NCBI GenBank assembly: GCA_963753975.1
Contig: CAVWEH010000002.1
Coordinates: 672,001 to 736,000, forward strand
DNA from: an uncultured delta proteobacterium
Lineage (GTDB): Bacteria > Desulfobacterota > Syntrophia > Syntrophales > Smithellaceae
Length of the DNA stretch: 64,000 bases
Direction of reading: 5' to 3'
This document shows positions 29,234 through 42,336 of this stretch, piece by piece (within the stretch, counting starts at the first letter, position 1; every line of letters begins with the position of its first letter). The notes below the pieces were generated by a model, which saw only the letters and a program-made list of their open reading frames with translations, did no database searches and was not told where the DNA came from. The position numbers were made by a program, and so were the translations under genes.

Positions 29234-30512
29234 ATGAATCAACCATCAAAGCTGGAAACTCACACTGGACCTCATTTAACCAGAATTCAAAGATTCTTTC
29301 ATTTTATCCGCCGCCACTGGATAATTATTATTGTATCCATTGTAATTATCATTGCGGGCAAAATATTCCTTGTGCCAAACATGGTGAAGTTTGGTACAGG
29401 TAAAAAATCTTTTGATCAGCCTCCACAGCCTGTAACGGCCTTAATGACAAATAAAGCTGATTTTGATGTATATCTGAAAGGGTTAGGTACCGTCATTCCC
29501 ACAAACACCGTTACTGTCAAATCTCAGGTCAGTGGCCAGCTAATGAGCGTGCACTTTAAAGAAGGACAGCATGTTAATAAAGGTGACTTGATTGCAGAAA
29601 TTGATCCACGCCCTTTCCAGGTTCAACTTATGCAGGCCGAAGGGCAGCTTGCCCGTGACGAAGCGTTTCTGAAAAACGCCGAGAGCTGATCTGGCGCTTT
29701 ACAAACAGTTGCTTGCCCAGGATTCTATTGCCGCGCAACAGGTAACAACGCAGGAATCATTGGTGAAGCAGTACCGCGGTGTAATTGAAACAGACAAGGG
29801 TCAAATCGCCAATGCTAAACTCCAGCTTACTTATGCCCGCGTTATCGCCCCGATTACCGGACGCGTCGGTTTGCGGCAAGTTGATCCCGGCAATATGGTT
29901 CAGGTTAACGATCCCAACGGTATAGTGGTAATCACACAACTGCAACCGATCACAGTCGTATTTTCACTGCCTCAGGACAATTTGACGATTTTGATGAAAC
30001 GCTGGAATGCCGGGACAACCTTACCTGTCCAGGCCTATGATCAGGAAGGCAAGATATTACTGGCCAGCGGCAAACTGCTCGCAATTGACAATCAGATCGA
30101 TACTACAACAGGAACAATTAAACTGAAGGCGATATTTGACAATAAAGATAACAAACTTTTTCCCAACCAGTTTGTTAATGTTCGGCTGAAAGTGGATACT
30201 CTTCGTGATGCAACTGTAATGTCCACTGCTGCAGTGCAGCGCGGCAGTATCGGTACTTTTGCTTATGTGGTCAAAGATGACAAAAGTGTAACTGTAAGGA
30301 TGTTGAAACTAGGACCTACTGAAGGCGATAATGTCGTCGTAATGGAAGGCCTGGTACCCGGAGAATTGGTGGTGACCGTCGGAGGTGATAAACTGCGTGA
30401 AGGCACCAAAGTAGAGATTATGACGCCGAACAGTAAAGAAGCATCAGTGCGTACAGACAAAACAACCACAGCTCCCAAACAAAAAACGCGGCAGACTTCA
30501 GCACCAAAGTAA
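29234..30512 (+). CDS. mdtA: MdtA/MuxA-type RND membrane fusion protein (frameshift near 29685)
   Basis: [55 protein letters not shown]. Confidence 0.88.
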
Positions 30513-30573
30513 ACTATGTCGGCTTTGATTCTCGTCTATATAATTACCGCACCTCAATAAGATAGGCAAATAT

Positions 30574-33500
30574 ATGAATCCTTCACGTCCTTTCATCTTG
30601 CGTCCCGTGGCTACATCATTGTTCATGGCCGCGATTCTGCTTGCGGGCATTATCGCTTATCATGTACTGCCTATTTCCGCGCTGCCTCAGGTTGATTACC
30701 CGACTATTCAGGTTGTGACCCTTTATCCCGGAGCAAGTCCGGACGTTGTTACTTCCTCCATTACTGCGCCACTGGAGCGCCAATTCGGCCAGATGCCGGG
30801 ACTGAATCAGATGTCTTCGACAAGCTCAGGCGGAGCATCGGTAATTACGCTGCAATTCAGTCTCAGCCTGAACCTCGATGTTGCGGAGCAGGAAGTGCAG
30901 GCGGCAATCAATGCCGGCCACTAACTTTCTTCCCACAGATCTGCCGATGCCGCCGATCTACAGCAAAGTCAACCCGGCGGATGCACCGATTATGACTCTG
31001 GCGATAACATCCAAAACCTTGCCGTTGCCGAAAGTTCAGGATCTCATCGACACGCGTGTCGCCCAGAAAATATCGCAATTGCCGGGTGTCGGACTGGTCA
31101 GCATCAGCGGCGGACAAAGACCGGCGGTACGCATTCAGGCCAATCCCAAAGCACTGGCAGCCTATAATCTCACGCTGGAGGATTTGCGCACGACCATCGG
31201 CAATGCCAATGTCAACCAGGCCAAAGGCAGTTTTGACGGTCCGGAGCGCGCTTCCACAATCGACGCCAATGATCAGATCAAGTTGGCTGCAGAATATGAA
31301 AAAGTTATTGTTGCTTACCGCAATGGCGCGCCGGTGCGCCTGACCGATGTAGCGGATGTCCGTGATGATGCTGAGAATGTCAGCCTGGCGGCCTGGCAAG
31401 ATCAAACGCCGGCTGTTATCGTGAATATTCAGCGTCAGCCGGGCGCCAATGTCATCGAGGTTGTCAATCGCATCAAGAATATAATTCCGCAATTGCGGTC
31501 ATCACTGCCCGGTTCGGTTGACGTTATCATGCTGACCGACCGTACCACAACCATCCGGACATCAGTGAATGACGTTCAGTTTGAACTGATCCTGGCCGTT
31601 GCTCTCGTCGTTATGGTCATTTTCCTTTTTCTGCGCAATCTATCGGCAACAATTATTCCGAGCATCGCCGTGCCGCTTTCGCTTATCGGAACATTCGGAG
31701 TCATGTACCTTTTCGGTTTCAGCATCAACAATCTGACTTTGATGGCCTTGACGATCTCGACCGGTTTTGTCGTGGATGACGCCATTGTTGTCATCGAAAA
31801 TATCGCCCGTTATATCGAACAGGGTTTGTCCCCAATGGAGGCCGCCCTCAAGGGTTCGGCGCAGATTGCCTTTACAATCATTTCGCTTACTTTTTCCCTG
31901 ATCGCCGTTTTGATTCCTCTTCTTTTCATGGGAGATGTTGTGGGACGACTTTTCCGGGAATTTGCGATCACCCTGGCCGTCGCCATATTGATTTCGGCGG
32001 TTATTTCGCTGACGCTTACACCGATGATGTGCTCCAAGCTGTTGCGGCATGTGCCGGAAGAAAAGCAAGGACGTTTTTATCACCAAAGCGGCTTGTTTTT
32101 TGAAAGGACAATTGCCCGCTACGGCAAGATGCTCACCTGGGTTCTTGATCATCAGAAAGCCACACTGCTGGTGGCCATTGCTACGCTTGGTGCTGACAAT
32201 TCTTTTGTATATCTTCATTCCCAAAGGGTTTCTTCCCCGTACAGGATACGGGCATGATTCTCGGCATATCGGAAGCACCGCAATCGATTTCTTTTTCCGC
32301 GATGGCCGAACGTCAGCAGGCGTTGGCTAAAGTGATTCTGCAGGACCCGGCCGTGGAAAGCCTGTCTTCCTTCATCGGCGTGGATGGAACCAATGTAACA
32401 TTAAACAGCGGGCGCATGATGATTAATCTGATACCGAAGAATAAACGCGATCTTGATGCTTCCGGCGTTATCCGCCGTTTACAGGCAAGACTTGCCGCAG
32501 CAGAAGGGATATCTCTTTACATGCAGCCGGTGCAGGATCTGACGATTGAAGACAGGGTCAGCCGCACGCAGTATCAATTTACACTGGAGTGCGCCGATCC
32601 GGACGAACTGAGCCTTTGGACTCGCCGCCTTGTCGAGCGTATTTCTCACTCGCCATATCTTACCGATGTGGCCAGTGATTTACAGGATCAGGGATTGCAG
32701 GCTTATGTGGACATAGACCGCAATGCGGCCGGCCGGCTCGGCATCACGACTGCTGCCATCGATAATATTCTTTATGACGCTTTCGGCCAGCGCCTTGTTT
32801 CCACGATATTCACGCAATCAAACCAATACCGCGTTGTTCTGGAGGTAAAGCCTGATTATAAAAAAGGACCGGCAGCCCTGAATGATTTGTACATAACTTC
32901 GCAGTCCGGAACTCAGGTTCCTCTGGGGGCAATCGCGCGGATATCGGAAAAACCGACGCCGCTTGTCGTCAATCACCAGGGACAATTTCCCTGTGCCACA
33001 ATTTCTTTTAATCTGGCGCCCGGAGCATCACTGGGAAATGCCGTCTCGGCTATCGAAAAAGCCGAGCGCGAAATAGGCATGCCGATCAGTGTCAAAACCG
33101 GTTTCCAGGGAACGGCTCTGGCTTTCCGGGCTTCGCTTACCGGCACGCTGTTCTTGATCCTGGCCGCCATCATCACGGTGTATATTGTCCTGGGCATTCT
33201 TTATGAAAGCTATATCCATCCGATAACGATTCTATCCACTCTGCCTTCCGCCGGTGTCGGCGCCTTGCTGGCGCTGATGATTTCCGGAAATGATCTGGGA
33301 ATTATCGGAATCATCGGCATCATCCTGCTCATCGGCATCGTGAAGAAAAATGCCATTATGATGATTGACTTTGCCCTCGATGCCGAACGCAAAGAAGGCA
33401 AGACCGCCGCGGGAAGCAATTTATCAGGCATCGCTTGCTGCGCTTCCGGCCGATTATGATGACGACCATGGCCGCCCTGCTGGGCGCACTGCCGTTGATG

Positions 33501-33674
33501 ATCGGTACCGGAGTCGGATCGGAGTTGCGCCATCCCCTGGGCATTACGATGGTGGGAGGGCTTATTTTGAGCCAGATTCTGACACTTTTTACAACACCGG
33601 TTATTTATCTGGCTTTTGACAGCCTGAGCCGTCGAATCAGGGCGCGAAATTGGCCGTCATTCAGTAACCGCTGA
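30574..33674 (+). CDS. mdtB: MdtB/MuxB RND permease (several frameshifts)
   Basis: [58 protein letters not shown] across ORFs 30574, 30878, 32254 and 33435. Confidence 0.9.
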
Positions 33675-33695
33675 TAAAGGCGATGGGACCGTATC

Positions 33696-36600
33696 ATGAA
33701 CATTTCCACTCCTTTCATTCACCGTCCTGTAGCGACGACCCTGATTACGCTGGGTATTGCTCTGGCCGGCCTGGTTGCGTTTAGCCTGCTGCCGGTGGCG
33801 TCACTGCCGCAGGTTGACTTTCCCACCATATCCGTTTCAGCATCGCTTCCCGGAGCCAGCCCGGAAACAATGGCCGCCACGGTGGCCACGCCTCTGGAGC
33901 GGTCGCTGGGACGCATTGCCGGCATCACCGAGATGACCTCGACAAGTTCGCTGGGTTCGACCACGAATCACTCTGCAATTTGATCTGGACCGGGATATTG
34001 ACGGGGCGGCGCGTGATGTGCAGGCGGCCATCAATGCAGCGCGCAGCCTTCTGCCTTCGGGATTACCCAGCAACCCGACTTATCGCAAAGTAAACCCGGC
34101 GGATGCCCCCATCCTCATTTTAGCTCTGACCTCGGATACCATGACCCGCGGCCAGCTCTATGATGCGGCATCTACTATTCTGGCGCAGAAACTTTCTCAG
34201 ATAAAAGGTGTCGGCCAGGTGAATGTCGGCGGCAGTTCGCTTCCGGCCGTGCGGGTGGAATTGAATCCGGCCTTGCTCAACCGCTACGGAATAAGTCCGG
34301 AACAGGTGCGCCTCTCTATTGCCGCCTCCAATGCCAACCGTCCCAAAGGTTCCGTGGAAGCAGGCGATAAACACTGGCAGATATCATGCCAATGACCAGG
34401 CAAAAAAAGCAGCCGATTATATTCCGCTGATTGTGTCTTATCGCAATGGCGCCGCTGTGCGTCTTTCGGATTTAGGCGAGGTGGTCGATTCGGTACAGGA
34501 TTTGCGCAATGCCGGGTTATTCAACGGCAAACCGTCCGTTTTGCTGATCATCATCCAAGCAGCCCGGCGCCAATGTCATCGAAACGGTCGATCGCGTCAA
34601 GGATATTTTACCGCAGTTGCAGGCCTCCATACCGGCGGCGATCAATTTACAGATTGCTTCGGATCGCACTCCGACCATCCGCGCCTCATTGAGCGAAGTC
34701 GAACGCACCTTATTGATCTCCATCGCGCTGGTGATTCTGGTTGTATTTTTGTTTTTGCGCAATATTTATTCCACACTTATTCCCAGCATTGCCGTGCCTG
34801 TTTCACTGATCGGCACCTTCGGCGTCATGTATCTGGCCGGTTATACGCTGGATAATCTTTCCCTGATGGCGCTCACCGTTGCCACCGGTTTTGTCGTTGA
34901 TGACGCTATTGTTGTTCTGGAAAATATCTCCCGCCATATCGAGGCGGGGCTGACTCCTTTTCAGGCGGCGCTGCTTGGGAGCAAAAGAAGTAGGCTTTAC
35001 CGTGCTTTCGATGAGCCTCTCCCTGATTGCCGTATTTATTCCTATTTTATTGATGGGAGGAGTTGTAGGCAGGCTTTTCCGCGAGTTTGCCGTGACGCTT
35101 TCCGCGGCCATTATAGTTTCTCTTCTTGTATCTCTGACCACGACGCCGATGATGTGTGCCCGTCTGTTGCGATCGAAAGAAGAACTGAAAACAGGCTGGT
35201 TCTATCGAAAAAGTGAGCAGATATTTGAGGCGGTTCTCGGCTTTTACCGGCGATCACTGAGTTGGGCTCTGCGGCATGGCCGGCTCATGATGTCGATACT
35301 GTTTGTTGTTATCTGCCTGAATGTTTTTCTTTATATCATCATTCCCAAGGGATTCTTTCCTCAGCAGGATACCGGAGCGCTTGTCGGCACAATTCAGGCT
35401 GACCAGAATATTTCTTTTCAGGCCATGCAACGCAAGCTGATCAGCATCATGGATATCATTCGTTCCGATCCGGCTGTTGAACAGCATATGCCGGTTTTAC
35501 CGGAGGCGGGCAGACGCAATTCCGGTTTCATGTATATTTCTCTGAAGCCGATTCGCGAGCGCAAGGTTTCCTCCGATCAGGTCATGGCCAGGCTGCGCCC
35601 CAAGCTGGCGCGCGAAGCGGGGGCAAGACTTTTTCTGCAATCGGTGCAGGATATCCGCGTCGGCGGCCGGGCGGCCGGAGCCACCTATCAATACACTTTG
35701 CAGGCCGAAGATCTTACCGAATTACGGTTATGGGAAAAACGCCTCAAGGATGCTTTCAACGAACTTCCCGAATTGACGGATGTAAATACGGATGAGCAGG
35801 ATAGAGGATTGCAGACTTCCGTTACTTTTGACCGCGACACGGCCTCGCGTATGGGAATCACTCCGGCGCTTATCGATGCGACATTAAATGATTACTTCGG
35901 CCAGCGTCAGGTATCCACTATTTACAATCCTCTTAATCAATACCGTGTCATCATGGAAGCTTCGCCTCCCAACTGGCAAAGTCCGGAATCCCTCAAAGAT
36001 GTATACGTGATTATTCCCGCCAATGCGCAACTTCCGAATGGAGCGCAGGTGCCCCTTTTGTCCTTTGCCAACTATGGCTTGACCAATACACCGCTTGCCG
36101 TCAACCATCAGGGACAATTTGCCGCATCCACGATTTCTTTTAATCTTCCCCTGGGAGTGTCGCTTTCTCAGGCAACAGTGGCGATTCAGAAAACAATGGA
36201 TCGTCTCGGCGTTCCCGGTTCCATCCGGGGAAGCTTTCAGGGAACGGCCCGAACATTTCAGGAATCATTACAAAGCCAGCCCTGGTTAATTCTGGCGGCA
36301 CTCATTGCCATATACATTGTGCTGGGCATTCTCTATGAAAGTTATGTGCATCCGGTCACGATTCTATCCACACTGCCCTCCGCCGGTGTCGGGGCGTTGC
36401 TGGCCTTAATGTTATTCAATACGGAGTTCAGCATCATGGCTTTGATCGGTGTTATTCTGCTCATCGGCATCGTCAAGAAAAATGCCATTTTGATGATTGA
36501 CTTTGCTCTGGATAAGGAACGAAAAGAAGGGAAAAGCCCTGAAGAATCAATATTTGAAGCCTGCCTGATGCGTTTCCGGCCGATCATGATGACGACGATG

Positions 36601-36828
36601 GCGGCGATTTTCGGCGCCATGCCTTTGATTTTGCTCACCGGAGAAGGTTCCGAATTACGCAGGCCTTTGGGAATTTCTATTGTGGGCGGTCTGATTGTCA
36701 GCCAGATTCTGACACTCTATACAACGCCTGTCGTTTATTTATACCTTGATCGTTTCCGGTTGTTTTGTTTAAGGATATTACGACGGAAAAGTGACCGGTT
36801 GCCTAAGCCGGCGTTGGAGAAAACTTAA
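33696..36828 (+). CDS. mdtC: MdtC/MuxC RND permease (several frameshifts)
   Basis: [55 protein letters not shown] across ORFs 33696, 34018, 34617 and 34975. Confidence 0.9.
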
Positions 36829-36839
36829 AAAGGATTATT

Positions 36840-38267
36840 ATGAAAAAAATATCAATATTTAAAATGCTTCTTGTTATTTTATTGATGATGTCCGGCTGTT
36901 CTGTCGGGCCGGATTATAAACGTCCCGATGCGCCGGTACCATCATCTTTCAAGGAACTGAAAGGCTGGCGTGAAGCCCTGCCCCGCGATCAGGAAATTAG
37001 AACAAACTGGTGGGAAGCCTTCGATGATCCCATCCTTAACTCGCTTGCCGAGCAGGTTAATGTATCGAACCAGTCGATAGCGCTTGCGGAATCTCAATAT
37101 CGTCAGGCCCAGGCGCTGGTGCAACTGGCGCGGGCCAGTTACTTCCCTACTGTCAATGCGGGGGCAGCCTATACCCGCTCGCTGCCAGCCGGGGATGGGG
37201 AACCTATAATCCGGTAAACCAGCATCAGGTTTCTCTCAATGCCTCCTGGGAAGTGGATTTGTGGGGAAAAGTGCGACGGCAGGTGGAATCAAGTACGGCA
37301 ACTGCCGAAGCATCTTTTGCCGATTTACAGGCTATGCGTTTATCGATGCAAGCGGAACTCGCCCTGAATTATTTTCAGCTGCGGACTCTTGGATGCCCAA
37401 AAGAAAAATCTTGAGGAAGCTGTTGCAGCTTACGGAAAAGCTCTGGAGCTTACGCAAAACCGCTATAATGCCGGTGTCGCGGCCAAGGCTGATGTTGCCG
37501 CAGCCCAAACCCAACTTAAATCCACTCAAGCTCAGGCTATCGATGTCGGCGTGCAGCGGGCACAACTGGAGCATGCCATCGCCATCTTAATCGGCAAGCC
37601 GCCGGCCGATTTTTCTCTGCCGCCTGTGACATTTGCTGCGCCGCAAATCAAAATTCCTGTGGCGCATTCCTTCCGATCTGCTGGAACGCAGGCCGGATAT
37701 TGCCTCGGCGGAGCGCAAGATGGCTGCGGCCAATGCCCAGATCGGAGTCGCCAAAGCGGCATATTATCCATCCATTACTCTTTCCGGGTCATTGGGATAC
37801 GCAAAGCGCTGAACTGGCCAACCTGTTTACATCACCAAGCTTTTTCTGGGCTTTAGGACCGATGGCTCTGGCCGACAACTTTATTTGACGGCGGGGCGCG
37901 CAAAGCACAGACTGAGCAGGCAATGGCCGCATATGATGGAACAGTAGCCTTTTACCGGCAAACCGTACTTACGGGATTTCAGGATGTTGAAGACAATCTG
38001 GCCGCCCTGCGCATACTTGATGAGGAAGCGCAAATGCAGGAACAGGCCGTAAATTCCGCTCACGAATCGGTCACTCTGACAACCAACCAGTATAAGGCCG
38101 GAATTGTCAGTTACCTGAATGTAGTTACCGCCCAAACTATTGCCCTGACCAATGAAAGAACGGCCATTAGCATCAGCGGTCAGCGCCTGAATGCAGGCGT
38201 CCTGCTCGTCAAAGCTCTTGGCGGCGGATGGAACGCGGCAGAAGCTCATGGTGCCGACCAAAAATAA
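36840..38267 (+). CDS. NodT-family outer-membrane efflux lipoprotein (several frameshifts)
   Basis: [44 protein letters not shown]. Confidence 0.88.
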
Positions 38268-38368
38268 AACTTCTGAAATCTGGTGGCGCCTGGAAATATG
38301 AATAACAAGAAATAGGATTTATGTATTATAAGTCTTTTCCCCAATCATCATGATGACCAATAAAAAAA

Positions 38369-38950
38369 ATGCATGGTCTTCTTTTAACTATAACAAAATA
38401 TTCTTACATGGGAATATTTACCGCTCTCGGCCTGGGTATATTGGGAATACCTATTCCCGATGAAACCTTAACAGCTTTTGCTGGATTCTTAGCTTTTCAG
38501 GGTAAATTGAATTTCTTTTTTATTCTGGCTGTAGCTTTTGCTGGAACATCATGCGGCATCACGATTAGTTACTTCCTCGGAAGATATTGCACAAATTTTA
38601 TTTCAAGAAAATATCCGGATAAATTTCCGGTCAATTCCAACCACTTGCTGGAGGTAAAAAAATTCTATTTAAGATTTGGGAAATATGCCCTGTTGCTGGG
38701 CTATTTCATCCCGGGCGTACGACATCTTACCGCAATTTTCGCCGGAACAACCTTCCTACCCTATAGGCAATTTGCTCTTTTTGCGTACGTGGGTGCCTTT
38801 TTATGGACGGTGACATTTTTGCTTCTTGGATATTTTTTAGGTCACGAATGGTATCTTGTCGTTCATTTTTCGAACCGCATTTTCATACCTTTAATACTCT
38901 TGTCGGTTTTGATTTTCTTTTTAATCGCGTATCTGAAAGAAAAAACATAA
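38369..38950 (+). CDS. DedA-family membrane protein
   Basis: GIPIPDETL, GITISYFLGR, YFIPGVRH. Confidence 0.9.
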   Translation: MHGLLLTITKYSYMGIFTALGLGILGIPIPDETLTAFAGFLAFQGKLNFFFILAVAFAGTSCGITISYFLGRYCTNFISRKYPDKFPVNSNHLLEVKKFYLRFGKYALLLGYFIPGVRHLTAIFAGTTFLPYRQFALFAYVGAFLWTVTFLLLGYFLGHEWYLVVHFSNRIFIPLILLSVLIFFLIAYLKEKT

Positions 38951-38968
38951 AGGATTACGAACCAAAGA

Positions 38969-40219
38969 ATGGATTCAAATGTTGGCGGAATAATTTTTGA
39001 TAACCTTAAGAATTTTAAATTCATATTCCGCACTTTACGATACCGGAATTATCGTCTTTTTTTCATCGGCCAATTCATTTCTCTCATCGGCACGTGGATG
39101 CAGCAAATTGCTGTAAGCTGGTTAGTTTATAAAATGACGCACTCCGTGTTCCTTTTAGGGTTGGTCGGTTTCGTCAGCCAATTTCCGATATTTGCTATTT
39201 CTCCTTTTGCCGGTGTTTGGTCCGATCGCTTCAACCGGCATCGGATGCTTATTATGACTCAAACATTATCTATGATCCAGGCAATGGCCCTAGCGATCCT
39301 TGTCTTATCCGGCGTCATTTCCGTGTGGCAAATAATCTTCTTGAGCTTGTTCATCGGTTGTGTAAACGCGATAGATATGCCCACCAGACAATCATTTGTC
39401 ATCCACATGGTTGATGAGCGCAGGGATCTGAGTAATGCCATTGCCCTAAACTCCGCCATGTTTAACGCAAGCAGGCTTTTGGGACCATTCATCGCCGGCG
39501 TTTTGATTGCAATCGTCGGTGAAGGAATTTGTTTTCTCATCAACGGTTTAAGTTATATTGCTGTAATTTTGGCTCTATTAGCCATGAATGTCAGCAATAT
39601 GCAATTTGGATTTAAGAAATCCAGTGTTATCGAAGAGCTAAAAGATGGGTTTACTTATGCCTTTGGTGATCCAAAAATAAAATCTATCCTAATGCTTGTC
39701 GCCCTTACCAGTATAATGGGAGTCCCTTTTATCGTCCTCATGCCCGCTTTCGCTAAAGACATATTACACGGGGGACCTCATACACTGGGATTTTTAATGT
39801 CCGCACTGGGTGGAGGAGCATTGATGGGAGCTTTTTATCTTGCTGCACGAACTGATATGAAAGGTCTCCGAAAAATAATAAATCTGGCTGCCCTGCTGTT
39901 CGGCATTGGTCTCATCGGATTTTCTTTATCAAAAAATTTATGGATTTCCCTATTAATGATACTCATTGCCGGTTTCGGCATGATGGTGCAGGTTGCTTCC
40001 AGTAACACCTGGTTACAAACAAATGTAGACGATGATAAACGCGGCCGGATGATGAGCTTTTACGTTGTCTCTTTTACGGGCATGGCACCTTTTGGCTCTT
40101 TGCTGGCAGGAAGCATGGCTGGCGCTATAGGAGTCTCCAATACAATTTTTATCGGTGGAGTCGTCTGCATTCTTGGCGCTATTTTTTTCCTGAAATTGTT
40201 TCATCGCTCCGAATATTAA
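38969..40219 (+). CDS. MFS transporter
   Basis: RNYRLFFIGQFISLIGTWMQ, DMPTRQSF, NAIALNS, RGRMMS. Confidence 0.92.
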   Translation: MDSNVGGIIFDNLKNFKFIFRTLRYRNYRLFFIGQFISLIGTWMQQIAVSWLVYKMTHSVFLLGLVGFVSQFPIFAISPFAGVWSDRFNRHRMLIMTQTLSMIQAMALAILVLSGVISVWQIIFLSLFIGCVNAIDMPTRQSFVIHMVDERRDLSNAIALNSAMFNASRLLGPFIAGVLIAIVGEGICFLINGLSYIAVILALLAMNVSNMQFGFKKSSVIEELKDGFTYAFGDPKIKSILMLVALTSIMGVPFIVLMPAFAKDILHGGPHTLGFLMSALGGGALMGAFYLAARTDMKGLRKIINLAALLFGIGLIGFSLSKNLWISLLMILIAGFGMMVQVASSNTWLQTNVDDDKRGRMMSFYVVSFTGMAPFGSLLAGSMAGAIGVSNTIFIGGVVCILGAIFFLKLFHRSEY

Positions 40220-40512
40220 ATAAATCGTTATTTTTCTACAAATTGTTTATTTGTGTATTTTGTAAAAAAAGCTTCGCAATAGATTAGCGTAGAACAAAGA
40301 AAGACATTAATATAAAAAATTTATGTGAACAAACATCACCTTAAAAGTGTAATATAATTATGTTGACCTTACACCGGATTTTAGGTATTAATTTAGACCT
40401 GATATACATATGAGAATATTGACATGTTCTTTAAAGAATTTTAAATTGCTTTTTAAATACATTTTTAATAGTGCAATATTTATAAGCAGTCAAAAAGGAG
40501 AAATATAAAATA

Positions 40513-40728
40513 ATGAGCACGGAAATAAAGGCACCCATGACCGGGAAAATCGCCAGCATCGTTGTTCACGTGGGTGATCAAGTCAATGTAGATGACGAAG
40601 TCGTCATCATGGATGCCATGAAAATGGAAATACCCGTCTATGCGCCTGTTCAGGGAACAGTCAAGGAAATAAAAATCAAAGAAGGCGATTCTGTAAAAAC
40701 AGATCAAGTTCTAATGATCATTGGTTAA
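40513..40728 (+). CDS. Stand-alone biotin carboxyl carrier/lipoyl-domain protein
   Basis: IKAPMTGKI, DAMKME biotinylation motif, GDSV. Confidence 0.88.
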   Translation: MSTEIKAPMTGKIASIVVHVGDQVNVDDEVVIMDAMKMEIPVYAPVQGTVKEIKIKEGDSVKTDQVLMIIG

Positions 40729-40737
40729 AATAGACAC

Positions 40738-41418
40738 CTATTTGGCGGAAGCTTTTTTAGTAGGCAAGGTGTCAGCCCATTCACTCACGGTTAAAACATC
40801 CGCCTGACGGGGAAACACCTTTTCAACCAACACGCGATGTACTTCCGGATCAGCATCTAAACACGCATCGGAAAGAACGACAAGTCCGTAATCCTTATCC
40901 GCAGCTTCCCGCAGAGTTGAAAGGACAACGCCGCTTGTTGCAATACCAGTTAGAATCAGCTTGTCGATCCCACGGGAGCGGAGAAGAACCTCGAGATCAC
41001 TACCGGCAAACGCGCTCACGCGTAATTTCGTCACGACAGGTTCGTCCGGAAGCGGCGCTACCGAAGAATGAATTTGTGTCGAAACATCGGAAATGGTCAT
41101 GCCTCCCAGTTTTGAGACGGCTGAAAACGTTTTGTTCTTTGCGCTTAATTCCGGATAGCCGTCACGGAATGCGACACGAACAAAAATAACCGGAATTCCC
41201 GCATGACGGGCAGCGCTCACGGCATGTTGAAATGGAATCATGACTTCTGGTTTTTCAGCAAAATGCTGAACAATTCCGTTTTGAACGTCCATCACTAAGA
41301 GCGCTGAGTGATTCGCTTGCATCATATCAGCATTCTTTACTGTAATGACAGGATTGGCCATACAAGAGGTAAGAAGTAACAGGCAGATAAATCCCAAAAT
41401 CTTCTTAGTGCTTTTCAT
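40738..41418 (-). CDS. Isochorismatase-family cysteine hydrolase, possibly a lipoprotein
   Basis: ALLVMDVQ, KLRVSAFAGSDL, LTGIATSGVVLSTLR; N-terminal LTSC lipobox. Confidence 0.88.
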   Translation of the reverse strand: MKSTKKILGFICLLLLTSCMANPVITVKNADMMQANHSALLVMDVQNGIVQHFAEKPEVMIPFQHAVSAARHAGIPVIFVRVAFRDGYPELSAKNKTFSAVSKLGGMTISDVSTQIHSSVAPLPDEPVVTKLRVSAFAGSDLEVLLRSRGIDKLILTGIATSGVVLSTLREAADKDYGLVVLSDACLDADPEVHRVLVEKVFPRQADVLTVSEWADTLPTKKASAK

Positions 41419-41432
41419 AATTGCCTCCGTAA

Positions 41433-41468
41433 AAACAAAACCCCGATCTTTTTTTAGAAACGGGGTTT
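41433..41468 (-). terminator. Intrinsic terminator in the 5' leader of the isochorismatase gene
   Basis: Minus strand AAACCCCG...CGGGGTTTTGTTTTT directly before the GGAGG RBS. Confidence 0.65.
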
Positions 41469-41750
41469 CGGTAATCAGTTCATGCTTCCCTCGTGTAAGG
41501 TTGAATGGTTCAGTAAATTTATTCTCCGACTTTACATAGTTTTTAAATTATCACTATTCACATTAGAAATCTACTCTGAAAAAAATCAAGGAAATACTTC
41601 TTACAAGGAAGAAGTTGATTGTTTGTTTCGCCTACAAGTCAGCAATTATGGTGATTAAAATATTTTGAGGATTTGCATTTGAATGTTTGATCAATATACG
41701 GATCGGTGAGAACTAGTTTATCTACGCTTCGTTGCACCTCTTGGTTGGGC

Positions 41751-42326
41751 TCAGTTTTCGTTCCCTAGAACCGCTCGTTCTGCGCTGATCCACAAAGACG
41801 TGTCTTCCTGCGCCAGAATCTTAATTATTAGGCTTCTCACGTCTTTCATGCTCTTCCTGTTTGTCAATGTTTTTGCCAGTTGCCACTGTCGGGATGCCTC
41901 CTGATGAGCGCCAATTACCTCAAGGGAGATGGCTAGTTTTCCTCTATCGATCCCTTCAGCAATGAGTTTCGCTTTTGTCAAGTCCCCGTAAGAAGATGCT
42001 AATTCTTTCAAAGCCAACACTTGGAATGGAAAAAAGAATGACGAATCAATATCCTTTGTATGTCCATCATTTTGAAATATCCTGAATCCATCATTGGCTT
42101 CTGCATCGACCACGTTCCATCTGTGGAATGCTGCCCTTATAATATCATTGTGGCGTGCTGCCCGTCCTGCAAGGAACTCTTGTTCCGTTTTTAGATCAAT
42201 TCGTATAATCTCTTTATAAGTTGGACGCACATACATATGTAAAAGATTCATGAGGAGTGCTCCTATAGCCACGCCACCGATGAATATGCCACCCATCTTG
42301 AGTACTTTAATCGTGAGTTGTTTCAT
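41751..42326 (-). CDS. Hypothetical membrane-anchored protein in an integron-like cassette
   Basis: 191-aa ORF with one N-terminal TM segment, bounded by GTTGGGGCT upstream and AGCCCAAC at the stop. Confidence 0.7.
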   Translation of the reverse strand: MKQLTIKVLKMGGIFIGGVAIGALLMNLLHMYVRPTYKEIIRIDLKTEQEFLAGRAARHNDIIRAAFHRWNVVDAEANDGFRIFQNDGHTKDIDSSFFFPFQVLALKELASSYGDLTKAKLIAEGIDRGKLAISLEVIGAHQEASRQWQLAKTLTNRKSMKDVRSLIIKILAQEDTSLWISAERAVLGNEN

Positions 42327-42336
42327 AATTCATTTT

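Noticed and set aside
29680..37880. Programmed frameshifting or phase variation in the efflux operon
   Set aside because: Breaks are numerous, mostly outside long homopolymers or slippery heptamers, and also occur in unrelated genes.
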